Origin: Alphaproteobacteria bacterium
GTDB lineage: Bacteria; Patescibacteriota; Minisyncoccia; Phycocordibacterales; JABAAK01
Length of the DNA stretch: 64,000 bases
Direction: 5' to 3'
NCBI GenBank assembly: GCA_030054135.1
Contig: JASGCN010000001.1
Span: 18,013 to 82,012, forward strand
The notes below the pieces were generated by a model, which had not been told where the DNA came from, ran no database searches, and was given only the letters and a program-made list of their open reading frames with translations. Below are positions 1 through 10,793 of the stretch, piece after piece; position 1 is the stretch's first letter; every line of letters begins with the position of its first letter. The translations under genes and the position numbers were made by a program.

Positions 1-107
1 GATAACGTGGCTTGCATAATAACATATTCATTGTAATATGCCGTTATCGCTTGATATATGGCGATAGCCCTATTATTAAATAATTTAATATATTTCATAC
101 TATATAT

Positions 108-395
108 ATGAATAGCGACGAAGAACTCTACGATGATGAATTAAAAGAGTACGGAGATGGATTTGATCCTGATAATGATTTTAACAGTTCTGTTGCAAAT
201 CCAGAAGATTTTTCAGGAATGCATACTGTTGGTCCAACAGATACATTGGGAATTTCGGATGAAGGATTACTTGAAGAAATGCCTGAAGAATTAACACCCG
301 CGCCAATGAAACAAAAAAATGCTCCTGCAAAAAGCATACATAAAGCTAAAAACAAAACACAAGTTGTTACTAAAAAAACAAAAAAGAAAAAGTAG
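108..395 (+). CDS. hypothetical small protein, acidic N-terminus with lysine-rich C-terminal tail
   Basis: Intact ORF from the track. No recognisable motif. Composition is strongly acidic, then a K-rich tail. Confidence 0.35.
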   Translation: MNSDEELYDDELKEYGDGFDPDNDFNSSVANPEDFSGMHTVGPTDTLGISDEGLLEEMPEELTPAPMKQKNAPAKSIHKAKNKTQVVTKKTKKKK

Positions 396-430
396 CCGAG
401 TGTGAATGTATTTGGTATGCTACAAGAATG

Positions 431-501
431 GCGGGCATAGTTTAGTGGTAAAACATCTGCCTTCCAAGCAGAGGATTGGGGTTCGATTCCCCATGCCCGC
501 A
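431..501 (+). tRNA. tRNA-Gly (anticodon TCC)
   Basis: Manual cloverleaf fold. Acceptor gcgggca/tgcccgc. D arm tagtttagtggtaaa-like. Anticodon stem ctgcc/ggcag with loop cttccaa. T arm ggttcgattcc. CCA is not encoded. Confidence 0.8.
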
Positions 502-581
502 CAAAGTACTTACTGAATAATTTCGTAACACTCTATCGAGAAATGATACGCCGTTGTATCATACACATACATTAAAAATAT

Positions 582-655
582 CCGTCCGTAGCTCAATTGG
601 ATAGAGCACTCGTCTTCGGAACGAGGGGTTGTGGGTTCAAGTCCTGCCGGGCGGG
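582..655 (+). tRNA. tRNA-Arg (anticodon TCG)
   Basis: Manual fold. Acceptor ccgtccg/cgggcgg with one G-U. D stem gctc/gagc. Anticodon stem ctcgt/acgag with loop cttcgga. T stem gtggg/cctgc with loop ttcaagt. CCA is not encoded. Confidence 0.75.
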
Positions 656-702
656 CAAAACGAAATATATTAAAGGCCGTACTACAATACTCATACATAC
701 AT

Positions 703-2181
703 ATGGAATCACATATTGAGCTTTCAGTTCCACCATCTATTGTAGATATAATTAATACACTAAAAAAAAATGGACATCAAGCGTACTGTGTTGGAGGATG
801 CGTGCGTAATATTATTATGAACATTGAACCTAAGGATTGGGATATTACTACTGACGCACTCCCAGAACAAATACAATCTTATTTTGAACATACAGTATAT
901 GAAAATACATACGGCACAGTTGGCATAGTCAACGACAATACAAACATAGCAAATCTTAATATAGTAGAAGTAACTCCATACCGAAAAGAATCAAATTATT
1001 CTGATGGTCGAAGGCCTGACAATGTCTCTTTCAACGCTTCCTTGAGTGACGATCTAAAACGAAGAGATTTTACGGTGAATGCTCTCGCGTATGACCCCAC
1101 CACATATACTCTTATTGATGAACACGAAGGAATACAACATCTTACCCAAAAATTTCTCGTGGCAGTGGGAGATCCGCACGAACGTTTTAAAGAAGATGCA
1201 CTTCGTTTACTACGAGGAGTGCGTCTTGCCACAGAACTTAGTTTTACTCTTGAAGAAAAAACTGAAGAAGCACTTATTGCTAATGCAAAAAATATACAGC
1301 ACATAGCTGTAGAACGTGTACGTGATGAACTTGTAAAAATTATAGAAAGTGATGCGCCTATGCTTGGCATTATGCATTTAGAACAAGTAGGGTTATTGGA
1401 ATACATCATTCCAGAATTACGAGATGGCATTGGTATTGATCAAAATCAAGCTCATTCATTTGATGTTTTTGAGCACAACTTACGAACATTGGAACACGCA
1501 GGAGTAAAAAAACTTCCACTTGATTTGCGTCTTGCTGCACTATTTCATGACGTTTCAAAACCAGAAACACGCGCGTGGAGTGAAGATAACAAAGATTGGA
1601 CTTTTTATATTCATGAAGTAGTTGGTGCGAAACGGACTAAAAAAATACTTGAGAGACTTAAATTTTCATACGATCTCATTGAACGAGTGGTGATGTTTGT
1701 ACGGTGGCATATGTTTTTTTCTGATCCAGACCAACTTTCATTATCAGGAGTACGAAGAATGATTGCTCGAGTAGGAAAAGAAAAAATATGGCAATTGATT
1801 GATTTGCGTATGTGTGATCGTATTGGTACAGGAAGACCAAAAGAAGAACCGTACCGACTTCGTCAATATCAATCTATGGTTGAAGAAGTGTTGCGTGATC
1901 CAATTACTCCAGGGATCCTTGCTCTTGATGGAAATGATTTAATGCAAACATATAATTTACAGCCTGGAAAAAAAATAGGAAATATTATTTCAGCGTTATT
2001 AGGAGAAACATTAGAAAATCCGGAGATTAATAAAAAAGAAATCCTTTTGGCGAGGGCAAAAGAATTATTATTATTAGATCAAAAAACATTAGAAGAACTT
2101 GCAGATAAAGGAAGATTCATCCGCGATGAAATAGAGGAACAAGAAATTGAAGCTATCAAAAAAAAGAACCGAGTGCGGTAA
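703..2181 (+). CDS. cca: CCA-adding tRNA nucleotidyltransferase with HD domain
   Basis: N-terminal polymerase-beta nucleotidyltransferase signature (GGCVRN...DxD region, RRDFTVNALAY). HD motif in the LFHDVSKP region. The start was moved to the first ATG downstream of tRNA-Arg, because the track ORF start overlaps that tRNA. Confidence 0.85.
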   Translation: MESHIELSVPPSIVDIINTLKKNGHQAYCVGGCVRNIIMNIEPKDWDITTDALPEQIQSYFEHTVYENTYGTVGIVNDNTNIANLNIVEVTPYRKESNYSDGRRPDNVSFNASLSDDLKRRDFTVNALAYDPTTYTLIDEHEGIQHLTQKFLVAVGDPHERFKEDALRLLRGVRLATELSFTLEEKTEEALIANAKNIQHIAVERVRDELVKIIESDAPMLGIMHLEQVGLLEYIIPELRDGIGIDQNQAHSFDVFEHNLRTLEHAGVKKLPLDLRLAALFHDVSKPETRAWSEDNKDWTFYIHEVVGAKRTKKILERLKFSYDLIERVVMFVRWHMFFSDPDQLSLSGVRRMIARVGKEKIWQLIDLRMCDRIGTGRPKEEPYRLRQYQSMVEEVLRDPITPGILALDGNDLMQTYNLQPGKKIGNIISALLGETLENPEINKKEILLARAKELLLLDQKTLEELADKGRFIRDEIEEQEIEAIKKKNRVR

Positions 2182-2184
2182 TTA

Positions 2185-2994
2185 TTATTTTTTTAAATTA
2201 ATCGTAACTGAAATAGGGCAGTGGTCTGATCCAAATATGTCTGCATGAATATGTGCTTGTGTGATTTTTTTGTTCAATTCAGTGTCTGCAAATAAATAAT
2301 CAATGCGCCATCCACGATTAACTTCTCTTGGTTTTGTACCTTTTGGTAAACTAAAATCAAAATTATCCCAATATGTATATGCACCTTCTTTATTTACATT
2401 GCGTGATCGATATGTGTCAACTAAATCATTTCCCATGTAGTCGGTCAAAAGAGTGCGCACTGTATGATTAAAATGAGTGTGCCCTTCGTATTTCTCTGGT
2501 TCTGCAAGATCGAGAGCACTATGCGCAATATTAAAATCCCCACCAATAACTACCATCCTTTTTGTTTTAATCAATCTTTTGGCGTGTTCTCCTAATTTTT
2601 TAATAAAATCTATTTTTTGTACATAATGCTCGTCTGACTTTCCTCCGTTGGGAATGTATACCGATATTACTGTTATTCCGTTGTTTAAATCAATTTGAAC
2701 AAATCTTCCTTCTGTGTCTTTATATTTTGAAAATGTGTTTATTTGATTTTCTATCATTGAAGCGTATTGTCTATGCACCCATACTGCAGTACCCGAATAT
2801 CCTGCTTTTTGAGCCGAATGATACACCTGTGTGTATCCTTCATACATTTTTTGTTCCTCGGTAAGTTGATCTTCTTTTACCTTTACCTCTTGTAATAAAA
2901 CAATATCTGGTTTTTCTTTAGTAATAAATTCTTGAATAGATCCTTTTTTGAACACTGCGCGCAAACCATTCACATTCCAAGAATATATCTTCAT
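2185..2994 (-). CDS. xth: exodeoxyribonuclease III (AP endonuclease)
   Basis: N-terminus MKIYSWNVNGLRA...LLQEVK, and a C-terminal SDHCP motif typical of the ExoIII/EEP family. Confidence 0.85.
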   Translation of the reverse strand: MKIYSWNVNGLRAVFKKGSIQEFITKEKPDIVLLQEVKVKEDQLTEEQKMYEGYTQVYHSAQKAGYSGTAVWVHRQYASMIENQINTFSKYKDTEGRFVQIDLNNGITVISVYIPNGGKSDEHYVQKIDFIKKLGEHAKRLIKTKRMVVIGGDFNIAHSALDLAEPEKYEGHTHFNHTVRTLLTDYMGNDLVDTYRSRNVNKEGAYTYWDNFDFSLPKGTKPREVNRGWRIDYLFADTELNKKITQAHIHADIFGSDHCPISVTINLKK

Positions 2995-3017
2995 AGATAT
3001 AGTATACTGTTTTTAAT

Positions 3018-3710
3018 ATGCTCATCGTTATAAAAATATCAGGAGAAGCATTAAAAAATGATAGTAATGACATGTACGATAATACAGTATTAAAAATAAT
3101 TGCAACACAGATTAAGCAATTACAAAAGAAACACCGTATCATGATAGTTATTGGAGGAGGTAATATATTTCGAGGAAGAAATATTGATACATTAAAAGGC
3201 ATTGAACGAAGCACTGGCGATTACATGGGAATGCTTGCAACACTTATGAATGCACTTTTACTTCGTGATATATGTACTGCGTATGGAATTGACTCACGAG
3301 TAGTAAGTGCCATTCAAGCAAATCAAATAGTAGAACCAATGATTACTGGAAGAGTTAAAAAACATCTTGAGAAAAAGAGAGTTGTTATTTTTGGTGGAGG
3401 ATTGGGCACACCATACTTTACTACTGATACCACTACCGTACAGCGTGCTCTTGAATTAAAAGCTGATTTAATTATTATGACAAAAAATGGTGTGCAAGGA
3501 GTGTATGACAGTGACCCAAGAACAAACAAAAATGCCATTATGTATAAAGAATTAACCGCAACTGAATCACTGAAAAAGAATCTTACTTTTGCGGATAATA
3601 CTGCAATTGCACTCGCGCGTGAACACAAGATTAAAATAAAGGTGGTTTCTCTGGAAGATCTTACGAGTTTTGAGGATAAAAAAGTTGGAACAATGGTTAT
3701 CCCTGAATAA
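3018..3710 (+). CDS. pyrH: uridylate (UMP) kinase
   Basis: IKISGEAL...VIGGGNIFRG motif of the amino-acid kinase family. Length is ~230 aa. Confidence 0.85.
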   Translation: MLIVIKISGEALKNDSNDMYDNTVLKIIATQIKQLQKKHRIMIVIGGGNIFRGRNIDTLKGIERSTGDYMGMLATLMNALLLRDICTAYGIDSRVVSAIQANQIVEPMITGRVKKHLEKKRVVIFGGGLGTPYFTTDTTTVQRALELKADLIIMTKNGVQGVYDSDPRTNKNAIMYKELTATESLKKNLTFADNTAIALAREHKIKIKVVSLEDLTSFEDKKVGTMVIPE

Positions 3711-3712
3711 TG

Positions 3713-4609
3713 TTACTCATGAAGAAATTGTTTATGAACATCTTTGAGACGTTTGTTAGTAACGTGTGTATACACTTGTGTGGTAGCAATATTAGCATGC
3801 CCCAATAGTTCTTGTACTGAACGAATGTCTGCACCGTTGGAAAGAAGTGTCGTTGCAAACATATGTCGCAATACATGGGGAGTTACTTTTTTACTTACTC
3901 CTGCCTTGCGAGCATATTTTTGAATGATGCGTTGCACTGAACGCGCAGGAATAGCATTGGTTCCTTTTCCTGCAAATAATGCCTCCGACATGTCTTCTCT
4001 TTTTTGAAGGTAGGTTTGTATTGCAGATATTGCAGTATCAGTAAAAAAAACTACTCGTACTTTTTCTCCTTTTCCACGAATACTCATTTCTTTTTTTGTA
4101 AGATCAAGTGAGCGAGGAAGCCCTACAAGTTCTGATACGCGAAGTCCGGTTGAGAAAAGTGTTTCAATGATTGCTTTATCTCGTACATCTTCAATGGTTT
4201 TACTCCCAACTGCATCACGTATTCGTTTTAATTCATCAATTGATATGAGTTCAAGTTCACGCATGCCAGTTTTTGCAAGAATAATAGAATCAGGCGCAAG
4301 TGTTTTCACTCCACGAGTGTGCATATATTTAAGAAACACTCGCAGTGCAATTAAATAATAATTTTGAGTATTTTTTTTTATAGTAGAGCCACCACGCCCT
4401 GCATGCCTATTTAAAAATAATCTAAATTGATGCACTACGTCATCAGTAACATCTTCTACTGAAGAAATCTTACTGTGGGCAACAAAAAAATCTAGATAGT
4501 GTTGATAATTGTTTATTGTTTTTAATGAACGGCCTAATGACACCTCTACATGTTCCAAAAACATACGTATACCATCATGAATATTCATATACCCCATTGT
4601 ACAGGGCAA
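3713..4609 (-). CDS. tyrosine site-specific recombinase XerC/XerD family
   Basis: C-terminal catalytic region with R..HxxR...LLGHANIATTQVYTHV (the tyrosine nucleophile). Confidence 0.85.
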   Translation of the reverse strand: MPCTMGYMNIHDGIRMFLEHVEVSLGRSLKTINNYQHYLDFFVAHSKISSVEDVTDDVVHQFRLFLNRHAGRGGSTIKKNTQNYYLIALRVFLKYMHTRGVKTLAPDSIILAKTGMRELELISIDELKRIRDAVGSKTIEDVRDKAIIETLFSTGLRVSELVGLPRSLDLTKKEMSIRGKGEKVRVVFFTDTAISAIQTYLQKREDMSEALFAGKGTNAIPARSVQRIIQKYARKAGVSKKVTPHVLRHMFATTLLSNGADIRSVQELLGHANIATTQVYTHVTNKRLKDVHKQFLHE

Positions 4610-4659
4610 TATTTTAAAACATATTGCATTTTTATTACAATACCGTTATACTGAACGAT

Positions 4660-4926
4660 ATGCTCACTACAACAGCAAAAAAAATGGCACAATCAAAAGT
4701 GCAGATACATAGTACAGACACAGGATCTTCTGCCGTGCAAGTAGCCTTGCTTACTGCAGAAATACTGGAACTTAATTCACATTTAAATACTCATAAAAAA
4801 GATAAACACTCTCGAAAAGGTCTCAATCAAAAAATAGAGAACAGAAGAAAACATCTTTCGTACCTTAAAAAAACTAATAAACCATTATACGAAAAGGTTC
4901 TAAAAGAGTGTGATTTGCGTAAATAA
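4660..4926 (+). CDS. rpsO: 30S ribosomal protein S15
   Basis: DTGSSAVQVALLTAEILELNSHL..HKKDKHSRKGL motif characteristic of S15. The start was chosen at the internal ATG at 4660 (the track ORF begins at a TTG at 4624). Confidence 0.8.
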   Translation: MLTTTAKKMAQSKVQIHSTDTGSSAVQVALLTAEILELNSHLNTHKKDKHSRKGLNQKIENRRKHLSYLKKTNKPLYEKVLKECDLRK

Positions 4927-4982
4927 CTAGTAGTGCAGTAACCATTATTTTTTAACATTCGTACATAACGTACACTATATAT

Positions 4983-5582
4983 ATGACAGCAATTAAACAC
5001 CCAGCTCAACGTGTCGGCGTATTCATTGACACACAAAACTTATATCACAGTGCAAGAAATTTATACAAAGCAAGAGTAAATTTTGATTCAGTGGTAAAAT
5101 ACGCGGTAGACGGACGATACATCGTTCGTGCACTTGCATATGTTATTACCACAGAATCTGGAGAAGAAGCAAATTTTCTTGAAGCTCTTGGGGAGGCAGG
5201 AATTGAAACACGATCAAAAGAATTACAAATTTTTCATGACAACAGCAAAAAAGCAGATTGGGATGTAGGTCTTGCTGTGGATATGATTTCTCTTGCAGAA
5301 AAATTAGATGTAATTATTCTCATATCAGGAGATGGAGATTTTATACCTGCACTTGAATACTTAAAAAGAAAAGGTTGTCAAATTGAAGTTGCTTCATTTG
5401 TACAATCGACTTCACAAAAACTTGTTGAATGTGCAGATACCTTCATTGATCTTTCACTTGAATCTGAAAAATTTATATTTGGATATACTCCAGTGAGAAC
5501 ATCTCATTCTCGACAACAAAAATCTCCACACAGATATAAAACAAATGCTCCACAAAAAAGAAGGATGAGAAGAAATTCTTAA
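4983..5582 (+). CDS. NYN-domain (LabA-like) protein, predicted RNase
   Basis: VGVFIDTQNLYHSA...ISGDGDF motifs of the NYN/LabA PIN-like fold. Basic C-terminal tail. Confidence 0.7.
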   Translation: MTAIKHPAQRVGVFIDTQNLYHSARNLYKARVNFDSVVKYAVDGRYIVRALAYVITTESGEEANFLEALGEAGIETRSKELQIFHDNSKKADWDVGLAVDMISLAEKLDVIILISGDGDFIPALEYLKRKGCQIEVASFVQSTSQKLVECADTFIDLSLESEKFIFGYTPVRTSHSRQQKSPHRYKTNAPQKRRMRRNS

Positions 5583-5608
5583 TTTCTTTTTCATGTTACA
5601 CTACCAGC

Positions 5609-7720
5609 ATGAATATACTACACACATATACCACCACTCTTGATGGTATTTCCATTGAAGCAATGGTAACTGATCTTGCAATTAAAACAGAGAGTGCGAT
5701 ATTAATGAAAGCGCTTGATTCGCAAGTCTTTGTGACTGTTGCTGTTGGGAAACACAGCCCTGATAAAGATTATTTTCCTCTTCGTGTTGACTTTGAAGAA
5801 AAATTTTATTCTGTAGGAGCGCTATTAGGTAGTAGATATTCTCGAAGGGAAGGAAAGCCGTCAGATGAGGCAACATTAAAAGCTCGTATAATTGATAGAA
5901 CAATTCGTCCATTGTTTCCTACTCATTACAAAAAAGAAATATGGGTATGCGCAACAGTACTCGTGCAAGGATCTTTCCCAACTGAGATGCTTGCAGTTCT
6001 TGGTGCAAGTATTGCACTTAATATATCTTCAGTTCCTTTTCACGGGCCAATATCTGGCGTACGCATGATTCTCAATGAATCAAAGTGGTGCATAGGAAAA
6101 CGTAACACTTCTGCACAACACGTCTCTGAACTCACAGTATGTGGAATGGAAGAAGGAATCACTATGATTGAGATGGGGGGTAATCAAATTGAAAAAACAA
6201 AAGTAAAAACAGGCATTGATGCTAGTCGAACACATATACAGTCACTACAACAATTTCAAAGAAATATTATTAAAGAAATTGGAAAAACAAAAGAAGCATT
6301 GGCTGACATTCAGATTCCTACTGCAATTCAAGATGCATTTACACCTGTGCAAGAGACCATGCGCACATTGGCTATATCTCATAAAAAAAATGAAATCAAC
6401 ACACTTTCTTCTACATGGCATCAAACACTTATTTCATTAAATATTTCCGATGCTGAAAAAATCATTGGGTATGATTTATTTGACAATACACTTAAAAAAA
6501 TAATTAATGAGATGGGTATCATTTCACATACTCGCATTGATGGAAGAAAACTCACTGATTTACGATCACTTCATGCAGAAGCAGGAGGATTTTCTCAACT
6601 TCTGCACGGCACTGGTACGTTTTACAGAGGAGATACTCACATCATGACAGTACTTACTCTCGCGAGCCCCGACAAAGCACAACTTATAGATGCAGTAGGT
6701 TTTCAAGAATCAAAAAAAAGGTTTATTCATCACTACAATTTTCCACAGTATGCAACTGGTGAAGTTGGAAAAATTGGGTCTCCCGGTAGAAGAGAAATAG
6801 GGCACGGAGCACTTGCAGAAAAAGCATTATTGTATGTAATTCCAAAAGAAGAAATATTTCCATACACTATTCGATTAGTATCTGAATCTTTTACATCCGA
6901 TGGTTCTACTTCGATGGCATCAGTCTGCGCTTCAACACTTGCACTTATGGATGGAGGAGTTCCTATTGACGCACCTGTAGCAGGAATTGCGATGGGTCTT
7001 TTAATACACAATAATACATATGAAATCATTACTGACTTAAGTGGTTTTGAAGATCATTATGGGTATATGGATTTCAAGGTTGCAGGGACTGTACATGGCA
7101 TCACCGCCATGCAACTTGATATTAAATCTACACATATTCCAATCGAAGTAATACATGAAGCGATTGATCGTTCTTGTGAAACACACATAAAAATTCTCTC
7201 TGTTATGCATACCGCATTAGAAAAACCACGTCCACATATTTCTACATCTGCGCCACACATTGAACAAATGAATATTAATCCAGATGACATTGGACTAATT
7301 ATAGGATCTGGTGGAAAAGTAATAAAAAAAATAAAGGAAGACTACGCACTTGATGGTATTGATATTGTAGACAGTGGTGTAGTAACAATTACTGGTAAAA
7401 AAGAACAGGTGAGTAATGTAATCCAACATATTAAACATCTTACAAAACAATTTGATATCGGATCATCATTTACTGGAGTTGTTACAAAAGTAGTTGAATT
7501 TGGTGCATTCGTTGAAATTGTTCCCGAAGTTGAAGGATTGGTGCATGTATCAGAGTTCTCTCCTGAACGAATACTGTCCCCATTTGATGTCTTACACGTT
7601 GGAGATACTGTTCCAATAATTCTTAAAAATATCGATCATGAAAGAAGATTAAGTTTGTCAATAAAAATGAAAGACCCTCATTTTTTTGATCCTATACTAA
7701 AAAAACTAAAAAATATATAA
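5609..7720 (+). CDS. pnp: polyribonucleotide nucleotidyltransferase (PNPase)
   Basis: Two RNase PH domains (GRREIGHGALAEKAL), KH (GSGGKVIKKI) and C-terminal S1 domain. Classic rpsO-pnp neighbourhood. Confidence 0.9.
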   Translation: MNILHTYTTTLDGISIEAMVTDLAIKTESAILMKALDSQVFVTVAVGKHSPDKDYFPLRVDFEEKFYSVGALLGSRYSRREGKPSDEATLKARIIDRTIRPLFPTHYKKEIWVCATVLVQGSFPTEMLAVLGASIALNISSVPFHGPISGVRMILNESKWCIGKRNTSAQHVSELTVCGMEEGITMIEMGGNQIEKTKVKTGIDASRTHIQSLQQFQRNIIKEIGKTKEALADIQIPTAIQDAFTPVQETMRTLAISHKKNEINTLSSTWHQTLISLNISDAEKIIGYDLFDNTLKKIINEMGIISHTRIDGRKLTDLRSLHAEAGGFSQLLHGTGTFYRGDTHIMTVLTLASPDKAQLIDAVGFQESKKRFIHHYNFPQYATGEVGKIGSPGRREIGHGALAEKALLYVIPKEEIFPYTIRLVSESFTSDGSTSMASVCASTLALMDGGVPIDAPVAGIAMGLLIHNNTYEIITDLSGFEDHYGYMDFKVAGTVHGITAMQLDIKSTHIPIEVIHEAIDRSCETHIKILSVMHTALEKPRPHISTSAPHIEQMNINPDDIGLIIGSGGKVIKKIKEDYALDGIDIVDSGVVTITGKKEQVSNVIQHIKHLTKQFDIGSSFTGVVTKVVEFGAFVEIVPEVEGLVHVSEFSPERILSPFDVLHVGDTVPIILKNIDHERRLSLSIKMKDPHFFDPILKKLKNI

Positions 7721-7757
7721 TATTAATTGCAGATAAAAATACTACGAGATATACTAC

Positions 7758-8894
7758 TTGTATACAAAAAATATGATAGAAAAAAGAGATACTCCTCTGG
7801 GGACATCTGAATCATTTGATTCTACGCGAGATAAAATATTAGAGCAGCTACGCATGCATGCACAAAATAATCATTTACTGACTGATTCAAAAGATGATCT
7901 CCCACAGATAATTCCAATTACGCCAAAAAAAATAAACACCTCTACTCCTAGTGGTATTGAAGAAAAAAAAACACCAACGAAAATAGACACAGTCCTTGCA
8001 AATGACATCATTGAGCAAACTCAATCGATGCAAAAAAAAAATACCGTACTGAAAGATATAACCACAGCACGAAATGAAATTGAAATAAAAAAAGAATGGG
8101 GAAACTTTGAAAAAAAACGTACACAATTTGCAACCTCTGGATTAATCACCTACACTCAAATTCCAGAAGAAAAAGCAAAAATATCTTTTATAAAAAACAC
8201 AACCCGTATAACTATTTTACTTTTTCTCATTGGGGGAATAATTGCGCTTGTTTTGGCAATTATTTTGCGCCCAACTCCAATTGTTGTGCAAGATACTATC
8301 ACAAGTTTTCAAAATAAATTGCTCCCCATTATAGATCCAGAGTATATACACTATGTTGAATTTTCTAACACAACTCCTAAAGAATCATTTATAAAAAATT
8401 TTTCTCTACCATTTAAAGATGGTATTACTGAGCATGTATATATCCTCAACAAAGACGTTACCCACGTTGCGAATTTCTCTCAAATTGCTCCATTGCTTTT
8501 TCCTACCGCACAACATGCATCAGATCTTTTTTCTCAAGTAACATCGCACACACTCGCAACGGATGTCTATGGAGATGAACGTACTTTTATACTCACCGTA
8601 CGAATTCCACAAACACAAAAAAATATATTCTCCCTTTCTGAAACTGAAACTCATTTTATTACCGATTTTGCAACTCTTCTTCCAGATTATTTTCAAGATG
8701 ATTCAGAAGTATCTACCAGGTCTCCGTTTACTCCTATAATTTTATATAACAAAGAAGCCAAGATTTATCCTGGAAAAGTAGGATCAATTCTGTATTATTT
8801 TTTTAATAATGACATTTTAGTGCTCATTGCAGGAGATATTACTATTACTAAAAAAATAAACGACTTACTCGCGTCAAGTCAAAGTGTAAAATAA
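7758..8894 (+). CDS. hypothetical protein with one central transmembrane helix
   Basis: Intact ORF. One hydrophobic segment (ITILLFLIGGIIALVLAIIL). No recognisable catalytic motif. Confidence 0.4.
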   Translation: MYTKNMIEKRDTPLGTSESFDSTRDKILEQLRMHAQNNHLLTDSKDDLPQIIPITPKKINTSTPSGIEEKKTPTKIDTVLANDIIEQTQSMQKKNTVLKDITTARNEIEIKKEWGNFEKKRTQFATSGLITYTQIPEEKAKISFIKNTTRITILLFLIGGIIALVLAIILRPTPIVVQDTITSFQNKLLPIIDPEYIHYVEFSNTTPKESFIKNFSLPFKDGITEHVYILNKDVTHVANFSQIAPLLFPTAQHASDLFSQVTSHTLATDVYGDERTFILTVRIPQTQKNIFSLSETETHFITDFATLLPDYFQDDSEVSTRSPFTPIILYNKEAKIYPGKVGSILYYFFNNDILVLIAGDITITKKINDLLASSQSVK

Positions 8895-8906
8895 ACACCC
8901 ATATAT

Positions 8907-10487
8907 ATGCCGATGAACCCTATTCATACCACGCACATTAAAACAACACACAGTACAACACGCATTCAAAGTGCACAACCATTTGGATTGGCAGCACAGG
9001 GCGTTGTGGTTGAAATAGACATTGGCGGAAGTGGCATACATGAATTTCGTATTATTGGTCTTCCTGATAAAGCGGTTGAAGAAGCACGCGATCGAGTAAA
9101 TTCTGCAATCGTACATACACATCTTACTTCTCCAAAAAAACAAAGAAAAAAAATAGTTGTTTCACTTGCTCCAGGAGATTTAAAAAAAACTGGAACTCAT
9201 TTTGATGTACCAATTGCAATCGCATATCTTGTTGCAATAGGAGAAATTACACAAAACATTTCAAATTCATTGTTTGTAGGAGAACTTGCGCTCAATGGAG
9301 ACATACGTCCAATTCCTGGAATACTTCCGATACTTACTTATGCAAAAGAACACGGACATACACATGTATATATTCCTTTTGCTAACAGCAAAGAAGCTGA
9401 ACTCGTAGAGGGTATTTCTATATACCCAGTACGAAATCTTGAATCATGTGTTAATCACCTTAATCAAAAAGAAATTCTGAGTCCAATTGTTCAATCAAAA
9501 AAAGATGCACCGCATTATTACCATCAACACACGTTTGGTCACATTAAAGGACAAGATGCTGCAAAACGTGCACTCACCATTGCAGCAGCGGGAAGACACA
9601 ATATTTGTTTGTATGGTTCTCCTGGAACCGGAAAGACATTGCTCGCAAAAGCAATGCGCTCAATACTTCCACCACTCACAAAAGAAGAAGTTCTTGAAGT
9701 AACTGCCATACATTCTATTTCTTCTGTGCTTCCTGACGGCCCGATATATACCCCTCCGATACGCACACCACATCATTCGTCATCGTATGTATCTCTTGTT
9801 GGCGGTGGGTCAAATATTCGTCCTGGAGAAATTACTCTTGCACATCGCGGAGTACTTTTTTTGGATGAGTTCCCAGAGTTTGATAGACGAGTGATTGAAA
9901 GTTTACGGGAACCTCTTGAAGAACACACTATTACTATTTCTCGTGCTCAAGGTTCAATGCGTTATCCTGCCTCATGTATTGTTATTGTTGCATGCAATCC
10001 ATGTCCGTGTGGAAACTGGGGCAGTAGTACTCCATGTACATGTACATATAAAGCAAAAGAACAATATCAAAAAAAAATAAGTGGACCGATTGCTGATCGT
10101 ATAGATTTATGGGTACATGTTGATCGCATTGAAATTGATGATCTTGAAAAACCACTTAATGCAAAAGATGATCCAACAGAAAGTATCAGAGACCAGGTCT
10201 CAAAAGCCCGTAAAAATCAAAGAAAGAGGCTTGCTCCACACGGCATACATACCAATTGTGATATTCACGCTGGAAACATAGATGTGCTTTGTCCACTCAA
10301 TCAAAAGTTACAGAAAATACTTCGCGATGCAGCCACGACTCTTGGATTAACCCCTCGAGGGTATCATCGAACAATAAAATGTGCAAGGACTATTGCCGAT
10401 CTTGACTCCTCTGACCATATTGAAGAACGACATCTTCTTGAAGCATTGCAATACAGATCCCCTCAACATATCAATTCACACAATTAA
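8907..10487 (+). CDS. comM: Mg-chelatase-like AAA+ ATPase, ComM/YifB family
   Basis: Lon-protease-like N-domain, then Walker A GSPGTGKT and Walker B LFLDEF. The C-terminal region is typical of the YifB/ComM family. Confidence 0.8.
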   Translation: MPMNPIHTTHIKTTHSTTRIQSAQPFGLAAQGVVVEIDIGGSGIHEFRIIGLPDKAVEEARDRVNSAIVHTHLTSPKKQRKKIVVSLAPGDLKKTGTHFDVPIAIAYLVAIGEITQNISNSLFVGELALNGDIRPIPGILPILTYAKEHGHTHVYIPFANSKEAELVEGISIYPVRNLESCVNHLNQKEILSPIVQSKKDAPHYYHQHTFGHIKGQDAAKRALTIAAAGRHNICLYGSPGTGKTLLAKAMRSILPPLTKEEVLEVTAIHSISSVLPDGPIYTPPIRTPHHSSSYVSLVGGGSNIRPGEITLAHRGVLFLDEFPEFDRRVIESLREPLEEHTITISRAQGSMRYPASCIVIVACNPCPCGNWGSSTPCTCTYKAKEQYQKKISGPIADRIDLWVHVDRIEIDDLEKPLNAKDDPTESIRDQVSKARKNQRKRLAPHGIHTNCDIHAGNIDVLCPLNQKLQKILRDAATTLGLTPRGYHRTIKCARTIADLDSSDHIEERHLLEALQYRSPQHINSHN

Positions 10488-10744
10488 TTTAGTCCAACAA
10501 CCGGAGTTGTTTGTGAATTAAGAAATGTATTATTAAATTTTTCTTTAGTATCATTGGGATCTCCAATGGCATATATAACACTTGTTACTCCTGCAATCAC
10601 AATGACAAGTACACATATACTCTGTAAATATGATAAAGAACTTTTTTTTGACTCTATATGTAAAGATGAGTGCTGTGTTGGGAGATAAAAATTTTTCATA
10701 ATTTTATTGTACATATATTGTACACATAGAATATCCAAAGGCAA
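10484..10744 (-). CDS. possible small membrane protein in the comM-uvrD intergenic gap
   Basis: 86-aa ORF in an otherwise ~300-bp gap with one hydrophobic helix. No homology recognised. Confidence 0.2.
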   Translation of the reverse strand: MPLDILCVQYMYNKIMKNFYLPTQHSSLHIESKKSSLSYLQSICVLVIVIAGVTSVIYAIGDPNDTKEKFNNTFLNSQTTPVVGLN

Positions 10745-10793
10745 GTATTTTTACACACTGTGATGTTTACACAATACCCCATATAATACCCCT

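Noticed and set aside
510-698. 62-aa minus-strand ORF
   Set aside because: It lies entirely over tRNA-Arg(TCG) and the start of cca, and the translation has no coding character.
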